Assembly: GCA_021818285.1 (NCBI GenBank)
Contig: JAKAEO010000002.1
Location: 13,363-77,362 of the forward strand
Reading direction: 5' to 3'
Length of the DNA stretch: 64,000 nucleotides
Origin: Myxococcales bacterium
Lineage (GTDB): Bacteria; Myxococcota; Myxococcia; Myxococcales; Anaeromyxobacteraceae
Of the stretch, positions 1-9,481 are shown one piece after another; position 1 is the first letter of the stretch, and every line of letters begins with the position of its first letter. Both the position numbers and the translations under genes were made by a program. The notes under the pieces are model-generated. The model searched no databases, had not been told where the DNA came from, and was given only the letters and a program-made list of their open reading frames with translations.

Positions 1-359
1 GCCCCTGCCACTCGCGCAGGATCTCGCCCAGCACCGGGTGGATCGGCATCCACCGGACCACCTTCGTCTTCGTCCCACGCTTGTTGTAGGAGCGCGCCAC
101 GACGATGCGTCCGAGCGGACTCATCTCGAGTGTCACGTTCCGGAAGTGGAGCCCGCCCATCTCGCCGACGCGAAGGGCGGCGAGACCCAGGAGCGCGTTC
201 GCCACGCGCTCGTGCTCGGGGATGCTGGTCGCGCTCACGAGGGAGACAAGCTCCTCTCGCGTGTACTGGGCCTTGGCTCGCCACTCGGGATCCGCATCGA
301 CGATCTGCGGGAGCTGCGCGCGGCCGAGGATGCAGGGGGAGGCGTCGATGAGCCCCTCG
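1..359 (-). pseudogene. Phage-type tyrosine recombinase/integrase fragment, 5'-truncated by the IS insertion, with its 3' end beyond the window edge
   Basis: Minus-strand translation reads ...IPEHERVANALLGLAALRVGEMGGLHFRNVTLEMSPLGRIVVARSYNKRGTKTKVVRWMPIHPVLGEILREWQG, which matches the integrase catalytic-core Arg box and the K beta-hairpin region. There is no start codon; the reading frame abuts the IS left end at 360. Confidence 0.6.
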
Positions 360-404
360 TGGGCTTGATCCGGTTTGGTGGACACCAAGTGAAAGGCGGT
401 TACG

Positions 405-725
405 GTGTCCGACATGGCCGGAGAGACCAAGCAGCGGAGGCAGCGTAGGAGCTACACCGACGAGTTCAGGGCGGACGCGGTTCGCCTGGTCCTGACGGGA
501 GGGAAGAGCCTCCCGCAGGTGGCTCGGGACCTCGACCTGACGGAGTCCTCGCTGAGGACCTGGGTCGACCGGGCGCGGGCGGACGTGGGCAAGGGCAAGC
601 CCGGGGTGCTCACCTCGGCCGAGCGGGAGGAGCTGGCGGAGCTGCGCAAGGAGGTCCGGATCCTCAGGATGGAGCGGGACATTCTAAAAAAAGCCGCGGC
701 CTTCTTCGCCAAGGAGAACAGTTGA
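405..725 (+). CDS. IS3-family transposase OrfA (HTH/leucine-zipper part)
   Basis: 106 aa, MSDMAGETKQRRQRRSYTDEFRADAVRLV...ELAELRKEVRILRMERDILKKAAAFFAKENS, typical of IS3/IS911 OrfA. Confidence 0.9.
   Translation: MSDMAGETKQRRQRRSYTDEFRADAVRLVLTGGKSLPQVARDLDLTESSLRTWVDRARADVGKGKPGVLTSAEREELAELRKEVRILRMERDILKKAAAFFAKENS
686..693 (+). promoter_or_regulatory. Programmed -1 ribosomal frameshift site A AAA AAG for an OrfAB fusion
   Basis: AAAAAAAG sits in the orfA/orfB overlap. orfA is in frame 0 and orfB in frame -1, the classic IS3-family arrangement. Confidence 0.7.
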
Positions 726-1591
726 GTTTCGCGTTCATCCACGCGGAGAAGGCCTTGTACCCGATCACCTTGATGTGCCGGTCGCTGAAGGTCTCGCGGG
801 CCGGCTACTACGCCTGGGTTGATCGCCCACCGTCGGCGCACGCCAGGGACGACAAGCAGCTCGCCGTCCTGGTCCGTGAGGTCCACGAGCTCAGCCGCAA
901 GCGGTACGGCGCTCCGCGCGTCCAGAAGGAGCTGGCGGCCACGAACGACGTCCACGTGAGCGCCAAGAGGGTCGGCCGCCTGATGCGCCAGGAAGGGCTC
1001 AGGGCGCGTCCCAGGCGGCGTTTCAAGTGCACGACGATGAGCGAGCACGACCAGCCGGTGGCCGCCAACGTCCTCGACCGGAACTTCGAGGCGGCGGCGC
1101 CGAACCAGAAGTGGGTCGGCGACACGACCGAGCTGCTTACCGGGAACGGCAAGCTGTTCCTGGCCGCCATCCTGGACCTGTACTCGAAGTTCGTCGTCGG
1201 GTGGGCGCTGTCGCCCGTGAACGACCGGCACCTGACCATCGCGGCGCTCGAGATGGCCATCGGCCGGCGCTGCCCGGGCGCCGGCCTCCTCCACCACTCC
1301 GACCAGGGCTGCACCTACGCGAGCGAGGACTACCAGAAGATCCTCTCCACCCGGGGCATCGACTGCAGCATGAGCCGACGCGGCAACCCGTACGACAACG
1401 CCGTCATGGAGAGCTGGAACTCCACCTTCAAGATGGAGTGCGGGGAGCGGTTCCTCAACAACGACGTGGCCAGGACCGAGGCGTTCGACTTCATCGAGGT
1501 GTTCTACAACCAGAAGCGGCTGCACTCGGCCATCGGCTACGTCAGCCCGGCCGAGTTCGAACGCCTTCACCGAAAGGCACGTGCAGCGTGA
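722..1591 (+). CDS. IS3-family transposase OrfB (DDE integrase core), -1 frame relative to orfA
   Basis: 289 aa with an rve/DDE core (WVGDTTEL..., HSDQGCTYAS, NAVMESWNSTFKMEC) and a C-terminal YVSPAEFE motif. It overlaps orfA in the -1 frame. Confidence 0.9.
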   Translation: MSFAFIHAEKALYPITLMCRSLKVSRAGYYAWVDRPPSAHARDDKQLAVLVREVHELSRKRYGAPRVQKELAATNDVHVSAKRVGRLMRQEGLRARPRRRFKCTTMSEHDQPVAANVLDRNFEAAAPNQKWVGDTTELLTGNGKLFLAAILDLYSKFVVGWALSPVNDRHLTIAALEMAIGRRCPGAGLLHHSDQGCTYASEDYQKILSTRGIDCSMSRRGNPYDNAVMESWNSTFKMECGERFLNNDVARTEAFDFIEVFYNQKRLHSAIGYVSPAEFERLHRKARAA

Positions 1592-1788
1592 GGATCGCGG
1601 TTCGTCAGGGTCGGGATCCGAAACGAGGCCCCTGGCTGGCCCCAGGAGCGACGATCTCCACCCCGGGGGCACCCCAGGTACCCCCCTTCTCCGCGCTCCA
1701 CCGAGACAGGTGGTACCCTGGCGAGGGACTGATCAGCAGGACCGAGAGTGAGCAGAAGGAACGCAGTCAACCTGTCTGCTGAACCGGA

Positions 1789-2913
1789 TCAAGCCCAGTT
1801 CTGGAAGGCCGCCAGGTGGCGCAGCTCGTTCACGAAGGCGGGAGGTAGGCCATCGCGCTCCACGAAGAGCCGCTGGGCCTGAACCACGCGGAGGGCACTT
1901 GTGAGCGCTGCACCTTGAGGAGGCCGCCTCCATTCTCCAGAAGGCGGCCTGAGCCACGGCGCCTCCTCCTCGGCAACGCCTGAGAACCTGGCGCCGACGA
2001 CACGGTCCTGACGATGGGCTTCTCGAGCGATGAGCTCGACGGTCTGTACCGGGATCCTCCCAACCGACGCCAGGAAGGTCCACTGGTCCTCGAAAGGGTG
2101 CAACTCGTCGTCGAGGAACACGGTGTTCTCGTGCTGTCTCGCCTCGTGCTGCAACGGCAGGGCGATGAGGTTGCCGAACCCGCCCTTAGGCATCGTGTCC
2201 TGGTTCGGAAAGAGCCGATCGTATGAGGCCATGCCGAGCGTCGGTCGACGGGTCATGGTCTCCGTGAGGAGGCAGCAACCGAGCCTTCTCGCCAAGTGTG
2301 CGGGGACTGCCGCATCGAAAAAGAACCAGGCATGCGCGCCGTTTCCAGAGCGCGACCTTTCGAGGACGGCTGGCACCCCGATCGCGCGGCAGGTCCCTGC
2401 GAACGCCAAGACGTCGTCGCGCCACCCCTCCTTGTCGAAGTCGATGGCCAGGAGGTGACACCGCTCATCCTGAAGCAGAGGGTAGACGCCCATCACGTGC
2501 CGACCCTGGAGGTGGTCGAGCACCACCTGGTCCGAGACGGGCCGGAACGCCTGGTGGGGACATTGGCCGCACTTCACGCGCGGCTTCTCGCAAAGGCCTC
2601 GGCGCCACTCGTTCGAGCAGGCCGGCGAGTAGCCCTTGGTGCCCTTGCGTGGGTTCGACCACGAGAGCGGGAAGACGTCGTCGCGCCCGCGGAAGAGGCT
2701 GCGGAAGAGCGCCACTTTCTCGTGAGGCGCTGCGGGAGTCGTGGCGCGCCGGGTCGGAGGTGGGGCGACGGCGATGGGAGGACCGGGGCTGGCAGCGAGC
2801 TCGTCGCGGAGTCGGGCGATCTGCGCCTCTACAGACCGCCGCTCCTCTTCCAGCTTCGCGAGGCGCGCCTCGAGGCGCGCGAGTTCCTGCTTGAAGGAGT
2901 CCTGAGGGCCCAT
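1789..2913 (-). pseudogene. N-terminal coiled-coil, zinc-ribbon and archaeo-eukaryotic-primase (AEP)-type primase-polymerase domain of a primase-helicase, 3'-truncated at the IS boundary
   Basis: Translation is MGPQDSFKQELARLEARLAKLEEERR...; there is a CxxC...CxxC zinc-ribbon; AEP motifs are present (LLAIDFD, SGNGAHAWFFF). It ends FQNWA* at 1789, which lies inside the IS right inverted repeat. Full-length homologues continue from here into a helicase domain. Confidence 0.6.
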
Positions 2914-3053
2914 CGTCGTCGTTCCGCCCGGATCACGAGACCCGAGGAGACCAGGGGGTTGAGGCGCAGCTCCAAACCCTAGCGGGGAACCCTGACTTCC
3001 GTTTGCGCCGGGCCCCCCATGGTTGTATGTATTTTCCGGGAAAGGAAGTACCA

Positions 3054-3635
3054 ATGCCCGTCGCGATCCACCTTCATCTCCGCCCGGGACGCGCCTACCG
3101 GACCAGGGATCTGGCCGGCTGGAGCGCCAACGCGCCGAGGCTCGCCAAGCGCTTGGTGCGAGAAGGCCAGCTCGTCCCCTTGGCCCACGGCCTCTTCGCC
3201 CACCCACGCAGGAGCCGCTTCGGTGATGTGCCGCCGACAGACGAGGAGGTCATGCGAGCCTTCCTCGATGGGGGGAGATTCGTCTTCACCGGGCCCGAGC
3301 GCTGGAACGCCCTGGGACTCGGGACCACCGCCCTGTTCGCGGCGCCGCTCGTCTACAACACCAAGCGCAGCGGAAGTTTCGAGCTCGGCGGTCGGCGGTA
3401 CGTCCTGCGCCGTGTGGCGTTCCCGGCTCGCCCGTCCGCGGAGTGGTTCGTCGTCGACCTCTTCGAGAACGCGGACCGCGCAGGGGCGGCGCCAGAGGAA
3501 CTGGCCAGGGCACTGCGCCGGGCAGTGGCCGCCAAGGCGTTCGACGGCGACCGCCTCCGCGACATGGCGCGGCGCTACGGGACTCGCCGGACCCAGGCTT
3601 TCGTCGAGAGCGCGCTCGAAGCGAACGGTCCATGA
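3054..3635 (+). CDS. abiEi: AbiEi-family antitoxin (type IV toxin-antitoxin / abortive-infection system)
   Basis: About 193 aa starting MPVAIHLHLRPGRAYRTRDLAGW.... It overlaps the next gene by ATGA and is partnered with an AbiEii nucleotidyltransferase. Confidence 0.7.
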   Translation: MPVAIHLHLRPGRAYRTRDLAGWSANAPRLAKRLVREGQLVPLAHGLFAHPRRSRFGDVPPTDEEVMRAFLDGGRFVFTGPERWNALGLGTTALFAAPLVYNTKRSGSFELGGRRYVLRRVAFPARPSAEWFVVDLFENADRAGAAPEELARALRRAVAAKAFDGDRLRDMARRYGTRRTQAFVESALEANGP

Positions 3636-4597
3636 GCTATCCACACGAAGAGCGCGACTTCGCCGACCTAGTGGCCGTGGTCGCCACCCGCCGCCGTCTC
3701 GCGCCGGCGCTCGTCGAGAAGGACTACTGGGTCACTCACGTCCTGTGGGGCCTGCACCGGCTCGGCCTGGAAGTCTGGTTCAAGGGGGGAACGTCGCTGT
3801 CGAAGGGCTTCGGCCTCATCGAGCGATTCTCGGAAGACCTGGACCTCAAGATCGAGTCGGGTGTCCTGCGAACGCTGCCACCCGTCAGGAACTGGAAGAG
3901 CGAAGGGACCAGGGCGGTGCACGAGCGGCAGGCGCACTTCAACGCGCTGCTGGACCTCATCGAGCTTCCCGGAGTCGAGGTCTCGGCGGACCCCACCTAC
4001 GAGGATCCATCGCACCGAAGCGCGCAGCTCCGCGCGGTCTACCGGGGCGCGCACCTGAGCGGCCTCGGCATGCTTCGGCCGTTCGTGCTCCTCGAGATCG
4101 GCGACGCCCGGGTGACACCCTTCGTCCGCAGGGACATGACCTCCTTCGTCCACGAGGAGCTCGGTGCACAGGGTCAGTTCGCCTCATTCGATGACAACAG
4201 GCCGAAGGGTGTCCGCTGCGTCCATCCGCTCGTGACGCTCATCGAGAAGCTGGACGCGCTCAGGCGACGCGTCCCCCGAGGCGATGTGGCACCGGCCGCC
4301 TTCGTCCGCCACTTCGAGGACGCGGCGCACATCGTCGCGGCGGAGGCCGAGTTCCCACCGCTCGAGGGGTACGATAGCCCGCGCACCCTCGCGGAGGAGA
4401 TGCTCGCCCAGCGCCAGGTGGCAGCGATCCCGTCGGTCGCCGACGCCGCGTTCAATCCGGACGGGGGGCCGCGCTTCGCCGAGATCCAGCGAGCGCACGA
4501 AGCGATCGCGCCGATGTTCTGGGGGCCTCGGATCGGCGTCGAGGAGGCCTGCAGTGCCATTCGGAGTTGGGTGGCGCGGCGACTGGGCGCGCCTTAG
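3632..4597 (+). CDS. abiEii: AbiEii/AbiGii-family nucleotidyltransferase toxin (DUF1814)
   Basis: MSYPHEERDFADLVAVVATRRRL...KDYWVTHVLWGL...FKGGTSLSKGFGLIERFSEDLDL carries the hallmark motifs of this family. Confidence 0.8.
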   Translation: MSYPHEERDFADLVAVVATRRRLAPALVEKDYWVTHVLWGLHRLGLEVWFKGGTSLSKGFGLIERFSEDLDLKIESGVLRTLPPVRNWKSEGTRAVHERQAHFNALLDLIELPGVEVSADPTYEDPSHRSAQLRAVYRGAHLSGLGMLRPFVLLEIGDARVTPFVRRDMTSFVHEELGAQGQFASFDDNRPKGVRCVHPLVTLIEKLDALRRRVPRGDVAPAAFVRHFEDAAHIVAAEAEFPPLEGYDSPRTLAEEMLAQRQVAAIPSVADAAFNPDGGPRFAEIQRAHEAIAPMFWGPRIGVEEACSAIRSWVARRLGAP

Positions 4598-4972
4598 GTG
4601 CTCGACGACTCGCGGCCGAAGGCTTGATCATCGCGAGGCCTCGTAGCGCATCGCCGATCCTCAGTGAACACCGTCGATAGAGTTCGCCTTCTTTCCGAAG
4701 TGCGCCTTCATCTGGATTTCATCCTTTGCCGCGTGCACTCGCGTTCCCCAGGGTACCCCGTCGTGGCGATCGCTCGCGCGCCAACGCCTTGATCCTTCTG
4801 GAATCCACCGTAAGTACGCCCACCTGTCCGTATTACAGTTGGCTGCTGCGCATCCGAGGTGCACTTCCGTGGGCTCAGGTGCACCAAGGGATCCGAATGT
4901 GCAGTCGGTGCGGCGACTTGGCGTACCTCAAGACTTTCAGTGATGACCTGGCCATTGGATATTGAATCCGAA

Positions 4973-5002
4973 GGCCAGAGGTTCAAATCCTCTGGGGCAC
5001 CC
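4973..5002 (+). other. tRNA 3'-end remnant (T-arm plus acceptor 3' strand) with no 5' half; looks like an island attachment-site repeat
   Basis: ccAGAGGTTCAAATCCTCTggggcacc has a canonical T-loop (GTTCAAATC) closed by a 5-bp stem, then 7 nt of acceptor and a discriminator. No matching 5' acceptor, D or anticodon arm lies upstream. It sits in a lower-GC 480-bp non-coding stretch. Confidence 0.45.
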
Positions 5003-5082
5003 GACTCGGTGAGGCTCTCCCGGGACCCCCTGAAGGGACCGTGACCTTGCTTAACAGGTCATAGTCGAATAAACATTCGACC

Positions 5083-6324
5083 ATGACTGTAGACGAGTAT
5101 CGGCTCAGCTACCAGGAGTGCCGCGAGGTGCTCCGGAAGCGCCTTGCGGAAGACGCTCCCGGTAGGATCCAGTTGCTGTCCGGTCCCCGCCAGGTGGGGA
5201 AGACGACTCTCCTCCTCGAGCTCGCCCGCGAGGCGGGCGGCAGCGCGATCTACGCCGCTGCCGATGCACCCGATGCCGCGCTGCCAGGCTTCTGGGACCG
5301 CCTGCTGGGGCGGGCCGAGGAAACGGCAAAGGCGCAGGGGCACGCGGTGGTCCTGCTCGACGAGGCGCACCTTCTCCACGACTGGGCCGCCCGCCTCAAG
5401 GGCGCGTGGGACCGCTTCAAGCGGAACGAGATCCCCATTCACGTCGTCGCCACGGGCTCCTCGGCGCTCCACCTGGCGACGGGCTCTCGCGAGAGCTTGG
5501 CGGGGCGTTTCGAGCGGCTCACGCTTGCCCACTGGTCAGCCAGATCCCTCGCTGAGGTCTTCAAGCTCGAGCCCTCGGCAGCCGCCGACCTCTTCGTGCG
5601 CTTGGGGTCGTACCCTGGCACCTTCGCGATGCGAGACGACTTGCGTCGCTGGTCGGCGTACGTGCGCGAGGCCATTCTCGAACCTGCGATCGGGAGGGAC
5701 ATCCTCGCCTTGGCCACGGTTCGACGACCCGCCCTGTTGCGACAGGTCTTCGGAATCGCCGCCTCGTCACCGGCTCGGATCGTCTCCTTGCAGAAGATCC
5801 AGGGGCAGCTGCAGGACAGGGGCGCTCTCGAGACCATCGCCCACTACCTTGCGCTGCTGGAGGAAGCGTTCCTGATCGCGCCGGTTCCGAAGTACTCCGT
5901 CCAGGCGGCGCGGCAACGCGCGGCACCACCCAAGCTCGTGACCCTTAACAACGCTCTCGTCGCGGCCGTGCATCCCGATGGAGTCGCCGCGGCGCAGGAC
6001 CCGGCCACCTTCGGCACCTGGGTCGAGAACGCCTGCCTCGCCTGCGCGTGGAATGCGGGGCAGCGTCTTCACTACTGGCGGGAGGAGCCACTGGAGGTCG
6101 ATGGGGTCATGGAAGGTTCCTGGGGTCGCTGGGCCATCGAGGTGAAGACCGGGAAGCTTCAGGCCACCGATCTCAACGGGTTGCTCGAGTTCGTGCGCCG
6201 TTTCCCGCGGTTCACGCCCCTCGTGGTCTGCGACGCTGGATCCGTGCCCACCGCCGAGCGCCTCGGGGTGCGAGCGGTTACCTGGCAGCAGTACTTGGTC
6301 AAGGGGCCCGGTCGGTCTGGCTGA
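5083..6324 (+). CDS. AAA+ ATPase with DUF4143 C-terminal domain
   Basis: The Walker A motif is GPRQVGKTT. The architecture is an N-terminal AAA domain plus DUF4143, 413 aa. Confidence 0.8.
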   Translation: MTVDEYRLSYQECREVLRKRLAEDAPGRIQLLSGPRQVGKTTLLLELAREAGGSAIYAAADAPDAALPGFWDRLLGRAEETAKAQGHAVVLLDEAHLLHDWAARLKGAWDRFKRNEIPIHVVATGSSALHLATGSRESLAGRFERLTLAHWSARSLAEVFKLEPSAAADLFVRLGSYPGTFAMRDDLRRWSAYVREAILEPAIGRDILALATVRRPALLRQVFGIAASSPARIVSLQKIQGQLQDRGALETIAHYLALLEEAFLIAPVPKYSVQAARQRAAPPKLVTLNNALVAAVHPDGVAAAQDPATFGTWVENACLACAWNAGQRLHYWREEPLEVDGVMEGSWGRWAIEVKTGKLQATDLNGLLEFVRRFPRFTPLVVCDAGSVPTAERLGVRAVTWQQYLVKGPGRSG

Positions 6325-6457
6325 CGCCCCGCTCCCGACCTTGCCGACCATCTTCGCCCCGACGCCAGAACCACCACCTCCACGAGGCGCGAGGTGGACG
6401 GCGCCACGTTGCGCCGCAGCGCAACAGTCGCCTGGCCTGCTCCTCGACCATCGCCGC

Positions 6458-8047
6458 TCATCTGGCTCGAGGCCCGGGCTTTACCCCGATTCCCGCGAGC
6501 CATTGCCGCGCCCTCGCCTCGAGCTGCACGCTCTTGAACCCGAGCCACCGCTCGCGTTCCGCCGAGGAGTCCGCCAGGAAGCGCTTGAACCGCCCGAACG
6601 CGCCCTTGCCCGCGAGCGCGTCCTGGAGCCGCTGCCGGAGTGCCGGCTCGCGCACCGTCTGGACGAACTCCTCCATGTCCCGGTATGCGTGCCCGCCCTC
6701 CTCTGGCTCCACCAGCGCGAAGCGAGCGTCGTTCTCCATCACGTCCCGCGTCACCGGACCCTCGTCGGGCAGGTCTTCCGAGGTGAAGTGCAGCTCTCCG
6801 GACTCCCGATCGAGGTACCAGGCGTGCCCGGGTGCATGATCCTCGAGCGCGAGCATCAGGTCCTGCATGTTGACGTCGACGCTTCCCGGGCCCTGTCGCC
6901 AGACCGAGTATGGGTTGGCCCGCTCCTCCTCGCTCTCCTGCTGCTCCTCCCAGGTGAGCCCTCGCCGCGCGTCTTCGATCAGGAACCGCGCGCCCTGATT
7001 GTCCGATGGGTTGAGCCAGAGCATCCGCTCGAACACTCCGACCGCCTCCTCCCTCCTTCCGAGACGCCACAGGCACAAGCCGTAGCCGTGAAGGCATCGG
7101 AGAAACGGCCGGTTGTCGACAAGCCCCCATGGCAGCACGCCCTCGAAGCCGGCGCCGAGGCCGAGCTCGGCAATCCGCAGCCCGGCTTCGTAGTGCCGGA
7201 TCGCCAGTCGGGGTGAGTACTCGAACTCCTGGTTTCCGAGGTGCGCGTGCGCGTCAAGGCAGCGAAGGTCCCCTTCGAGCTGCTCCATGAGCAAGGCGCG
7301 CGCGCCGGCGTGATTCCCGGCCTCTCGCAGCTCCGCGGCCTCGGTGATGGGATCGGTGTCCCAGTTGGTCGGATCGGCGCCGGGGATCACCTGCTCCATC
7401 TCGAACTCGGGCCGCGGGCCGCGCGCCACCAGCGGCCGGGCCCACTCCGGAACGACGCCCTCCTCGCCCCAGTACTCCTCCGCCGGGTCCCAATCCGGGT
7501 GAGGCTCGAGCCGAAGGGGGACGAGATCGAGCCGATCGGCTTCGAGGCGTGAGCCCACGACCTCGCCGGAGGCGTACGGTCGGCCCGCATACCGCCAGGT
7601 CTTCTGGATTTGAATGGTCGCGATCTCCCCGGGCACCAAGCTGCCTACACTCTGGCAACGGAGCGTGAAGATGGCGCTCCCGCCCACGAGGCGGCACCTC
7701 GCCGCGGTCTTCTTCACGGCGAGGACGACCACCTCCGCGCGCGCGCCAATAGAGAGATCTGCCAGAGGCGCTGGAGCGGGCGCCGAGACGGACCGCTCGA
7801 TCCCGAGCATCGCCCGGTAGGCCGCGATCGTTCCGCGGAGGGGAGAAGAGGGCTCGACGTCGAGATCGGCGAGGGAGATCAGGTGAGTCATCCCCTTGCG
7901 CTCGACGCGTGCCACCAACCCGCGCCGATCGCCCTCGTGCTCGATGCAGAGCACCTGCACCCGCTCGCCCACGACCCTACCGGTCACGGGCGTGCGCAGC
8001 GCGGCCCGGGCCTCCGAGAGCAGCCGGGTGATGTCGCTGGAAGCCAT
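6458..8047 (-). CDS. Hypothetical protein with TPR-like middle region and C-terminal UPF0158 domain
   Basis: 529 aa. The C-terminus reads ...HAWYLDRESGELHFTSEDLPD...GKGAFGRFKRFLADSSAERERWLGF, which is UPF0158-like. The composition looks like clean coding sequence. Confidence 0.6.
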   Translation of the reverse strand: MASSDITRLLSEARAALRTPVTGRVVGERVQVLCIEHEGDRRGLVARVERKGMTHLISLADLDVEPSSPLRGTIAAYRAMLGIERSVSAPAPAPLADLSIGARAEVVVLAVKKTAARCRLVGGSAIFTLRCQSVGSLVPGEIATIQIQKTWRYAGRPYASGEVVGSRLEADRLDLVPLRLEPHPDWDPAEEYWGEEGVVPEWARPLVARGPRPEFEMEQVIPGADPTNWDTDPITEAAELREAGNHAGARALLMEQLEGDLRCLDAHAHLGNQEFEYSPRLAIRHYEAGLRIAELGLGAGFEGVLPWGLVDNRPFLRCLHGYGLCLWRLGRREEAVGVFERMLWLNPSDNQGARFLIEDARRGLTWEEQQESEEERANPYSVWRQGPGSVDVNMQDLMLALEDHAPGHAWYLDRESGELHFTSEDLPDEGPVTRDVMENDARFALVEPEEGGHAYRDMEEFVQTVREPALRQRLQDALAGKGAFGRFKRFLADSSAERERWLGFKSVQLEARARQWLAGIGVKPGPRAR

Positions 8048-8083
8048 TGCGGTCGCTCCTCCACGGAGTCGGGGCTCCCCTAT

Positions 8084-9091
8084 CTAACCCGATTCCCGTT
8101 CTGGGCGCTCAGCCACCAGGTCGAGCCCCCGGCGCCTCGAGCAGGCGTTCCAGCCGGCGGAGGTCTCGCATCGCGAGATCCACCCTGCCCCTCCGCAGCG
8201 CGTCGAGGACGGTCGAGACGGCGCGGAGCACGCCGGCTCGATCTGGTCGCATGTGCGACGCATTCCGCCGAGGTACTCCAGCGTGAAGCCTGCCGACCTG
8301 CACGTCGATCGCAGCCACCGCCTCGGCCATCCGCGGCCAGAGTGGATCCAACCGGCGGTAGAGGTCCTTCGCCTCCCGCGGGGATGGGTGGGTGACGATG
8401 TCGGCGAACCGCTCCAGATCCGGGCGCGCGGCGAGGACGAGGGAACGGAAGGTCGCGCGGGAGTCGGAATGGACGCGCTTGCGGAGGCCCAGGCGCGCAA
8501 GGTCGGCGGCGCAGCCACCTCGCCCGGCCGCAGGCCGGTCAAGAACTCGAGCGCGTAGGCGGCGCGGCGGAGCGCCGGTACACGCGCGGAGGTGAGGAGC
8601 TTCTCCAGTTCGTCCAGGGCCAGGAAGCCCCTCACCCTCCGGAGGGGATCGGCGTCCACGATGGCAGGAAGGTGCTTCCTGGCGTTCCACCGGCACGGGT
8701 TCGTGGAGAGCAACCCGTCCTCGACAGCCTCGCCGAAGACCGCCTTCACGGAGTCGGCGACGTTCTTGAGCGACCGGGGTGAGAGGGGTCTCGAGCCGTC
8801 CGCCCGGAGCCTGCCGGAGAGCGACCGCGCGTACGCAAGCATCCTCGGCGGCGCGACCGAGCGGAGCACCTCCCGCCCGAGCGCTGGGAACGCGTGAAGT
8901 CGCAGGCGGCGCTCGTGGTGGCGCCAGTCCAGCTTCTTCGCTCGCCGGCGACGGATGAGCCACGCTTTCGCATACTGCTCGAAGGTGAGGCCGACTCCGT
9001 CGTCAGGGTCGGCCAGTAGGTTGTCAGCATCGGGTTCCTGGACGGTGGCCCGGACCGCAGCAAGGAGGAGAGAGCTTGGCATCGAAGGCAT
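8084..9091 (-). pseudogene. Degraded tyrosine recombinase/integrase (frameshifted, possibly with an internal deletion)
   Basis: Frame A gives an integrase N-terminal and core-binding region up to FLTGLRPGEV (Arg I). Frame B (8109-8963) gives ...LRKRVHSDSRATFRSLVLAARPDLERFADIVTHPSPREAKDLYRRLDP (the H-x-x-R, H and Y boxes). The frame switches between about 8513 and 8596, and the approximately 40-aa Lys/beta-hairpin segment is missing. Confidence 0.55.
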
Positions 9092-9477
9092 TCCACCAGG
9101 CTTCGCGACGCTCGCGGCCGAAGCATCCGCAGGCTCCCAGGCGACAGGCCGCGATCCCCGGCGAGCTCCAGGTTGCGCTACAGCAGCGCCTGGAGAGGCA
9201 TTTTCGGTCCGAGTGGTCGAAGGCCGGCATCGACATCGTCGTCCGCTACCGGGGCCGCTTCGCCTACATCGGCTACTTGGAGCGCCGACGGGGAGAGCCC
9301 GAATCCGGCGCGCTGCCGCTGTTCAGACTCGAGTACACCGGCGACCCGCAGCGGTGGGTGTTTGCTCTGTTCACCTACAGCCACGAGGACTACGAGCTCT
9401 GCGCCGGGCCCACCGGCTCGTTCACCCCTACGCCCGAGCAGGCGTTCGACTGCGCGGCGCGTTTGTACCTGACCTGA
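9076..9477 (+). CDS. Hypothetical protein (conserved core IDIVVRYRGRFAYIGYLE...WVFALFTYSHEDYE); start uncertain
   Basis: 133-aa ORF. The Arg-rich first 30 aa overlap the integrase 5' end and are probably not translated. The conserved core follows, and the stop lies 4 bp before the next gene. Confidence 0.45.
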   Translation: MASKAFHQASRRSRPKHPQAPRRQAAIPGELQVALQQRLERHFRSEWSKAGIDIVVRYRGRFAYIGYLERRRGEPESGALPLFRLEYTGDPQRWVFALFTYSHEDYELCAGPTGSFTPTPEQAFDCAARLYLT

Positions 9478-9481
9478 CCCC

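Larger units (their letters stand above)
360..1797 (+). mobile_element. IS3-family insertion sequence (1438 bp) with 16-bp perfect terminal inverted repeats
   Basis: TGGGCTTGATCCGGTT at 360-375 is the exact reverse complement of 1782-1797, and the repeat extends imperfectly to about 27 bp. The ends are TG...CA. orfA and orfB lie between them with an A7G slippery site. No flanking target-site duplication is visible. Confidence 0.85.

Noticed and set aside
38-448. 136-aa plus-strand ORF at the window start
   Set aside because: It is opposite the integrase-like reading frame and runs through the IS left inverted repeat into orfA. There are no motifs.
1789-3207. N-terminal 98 codons of the 472-aa ORF (3207 down to 2914)
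   Set aside because: It is Gly/Arg/Pro-rich low-complexity sequence. The coiled-coil start MGPQDSFKQELARLE at 2913 is the credible start.
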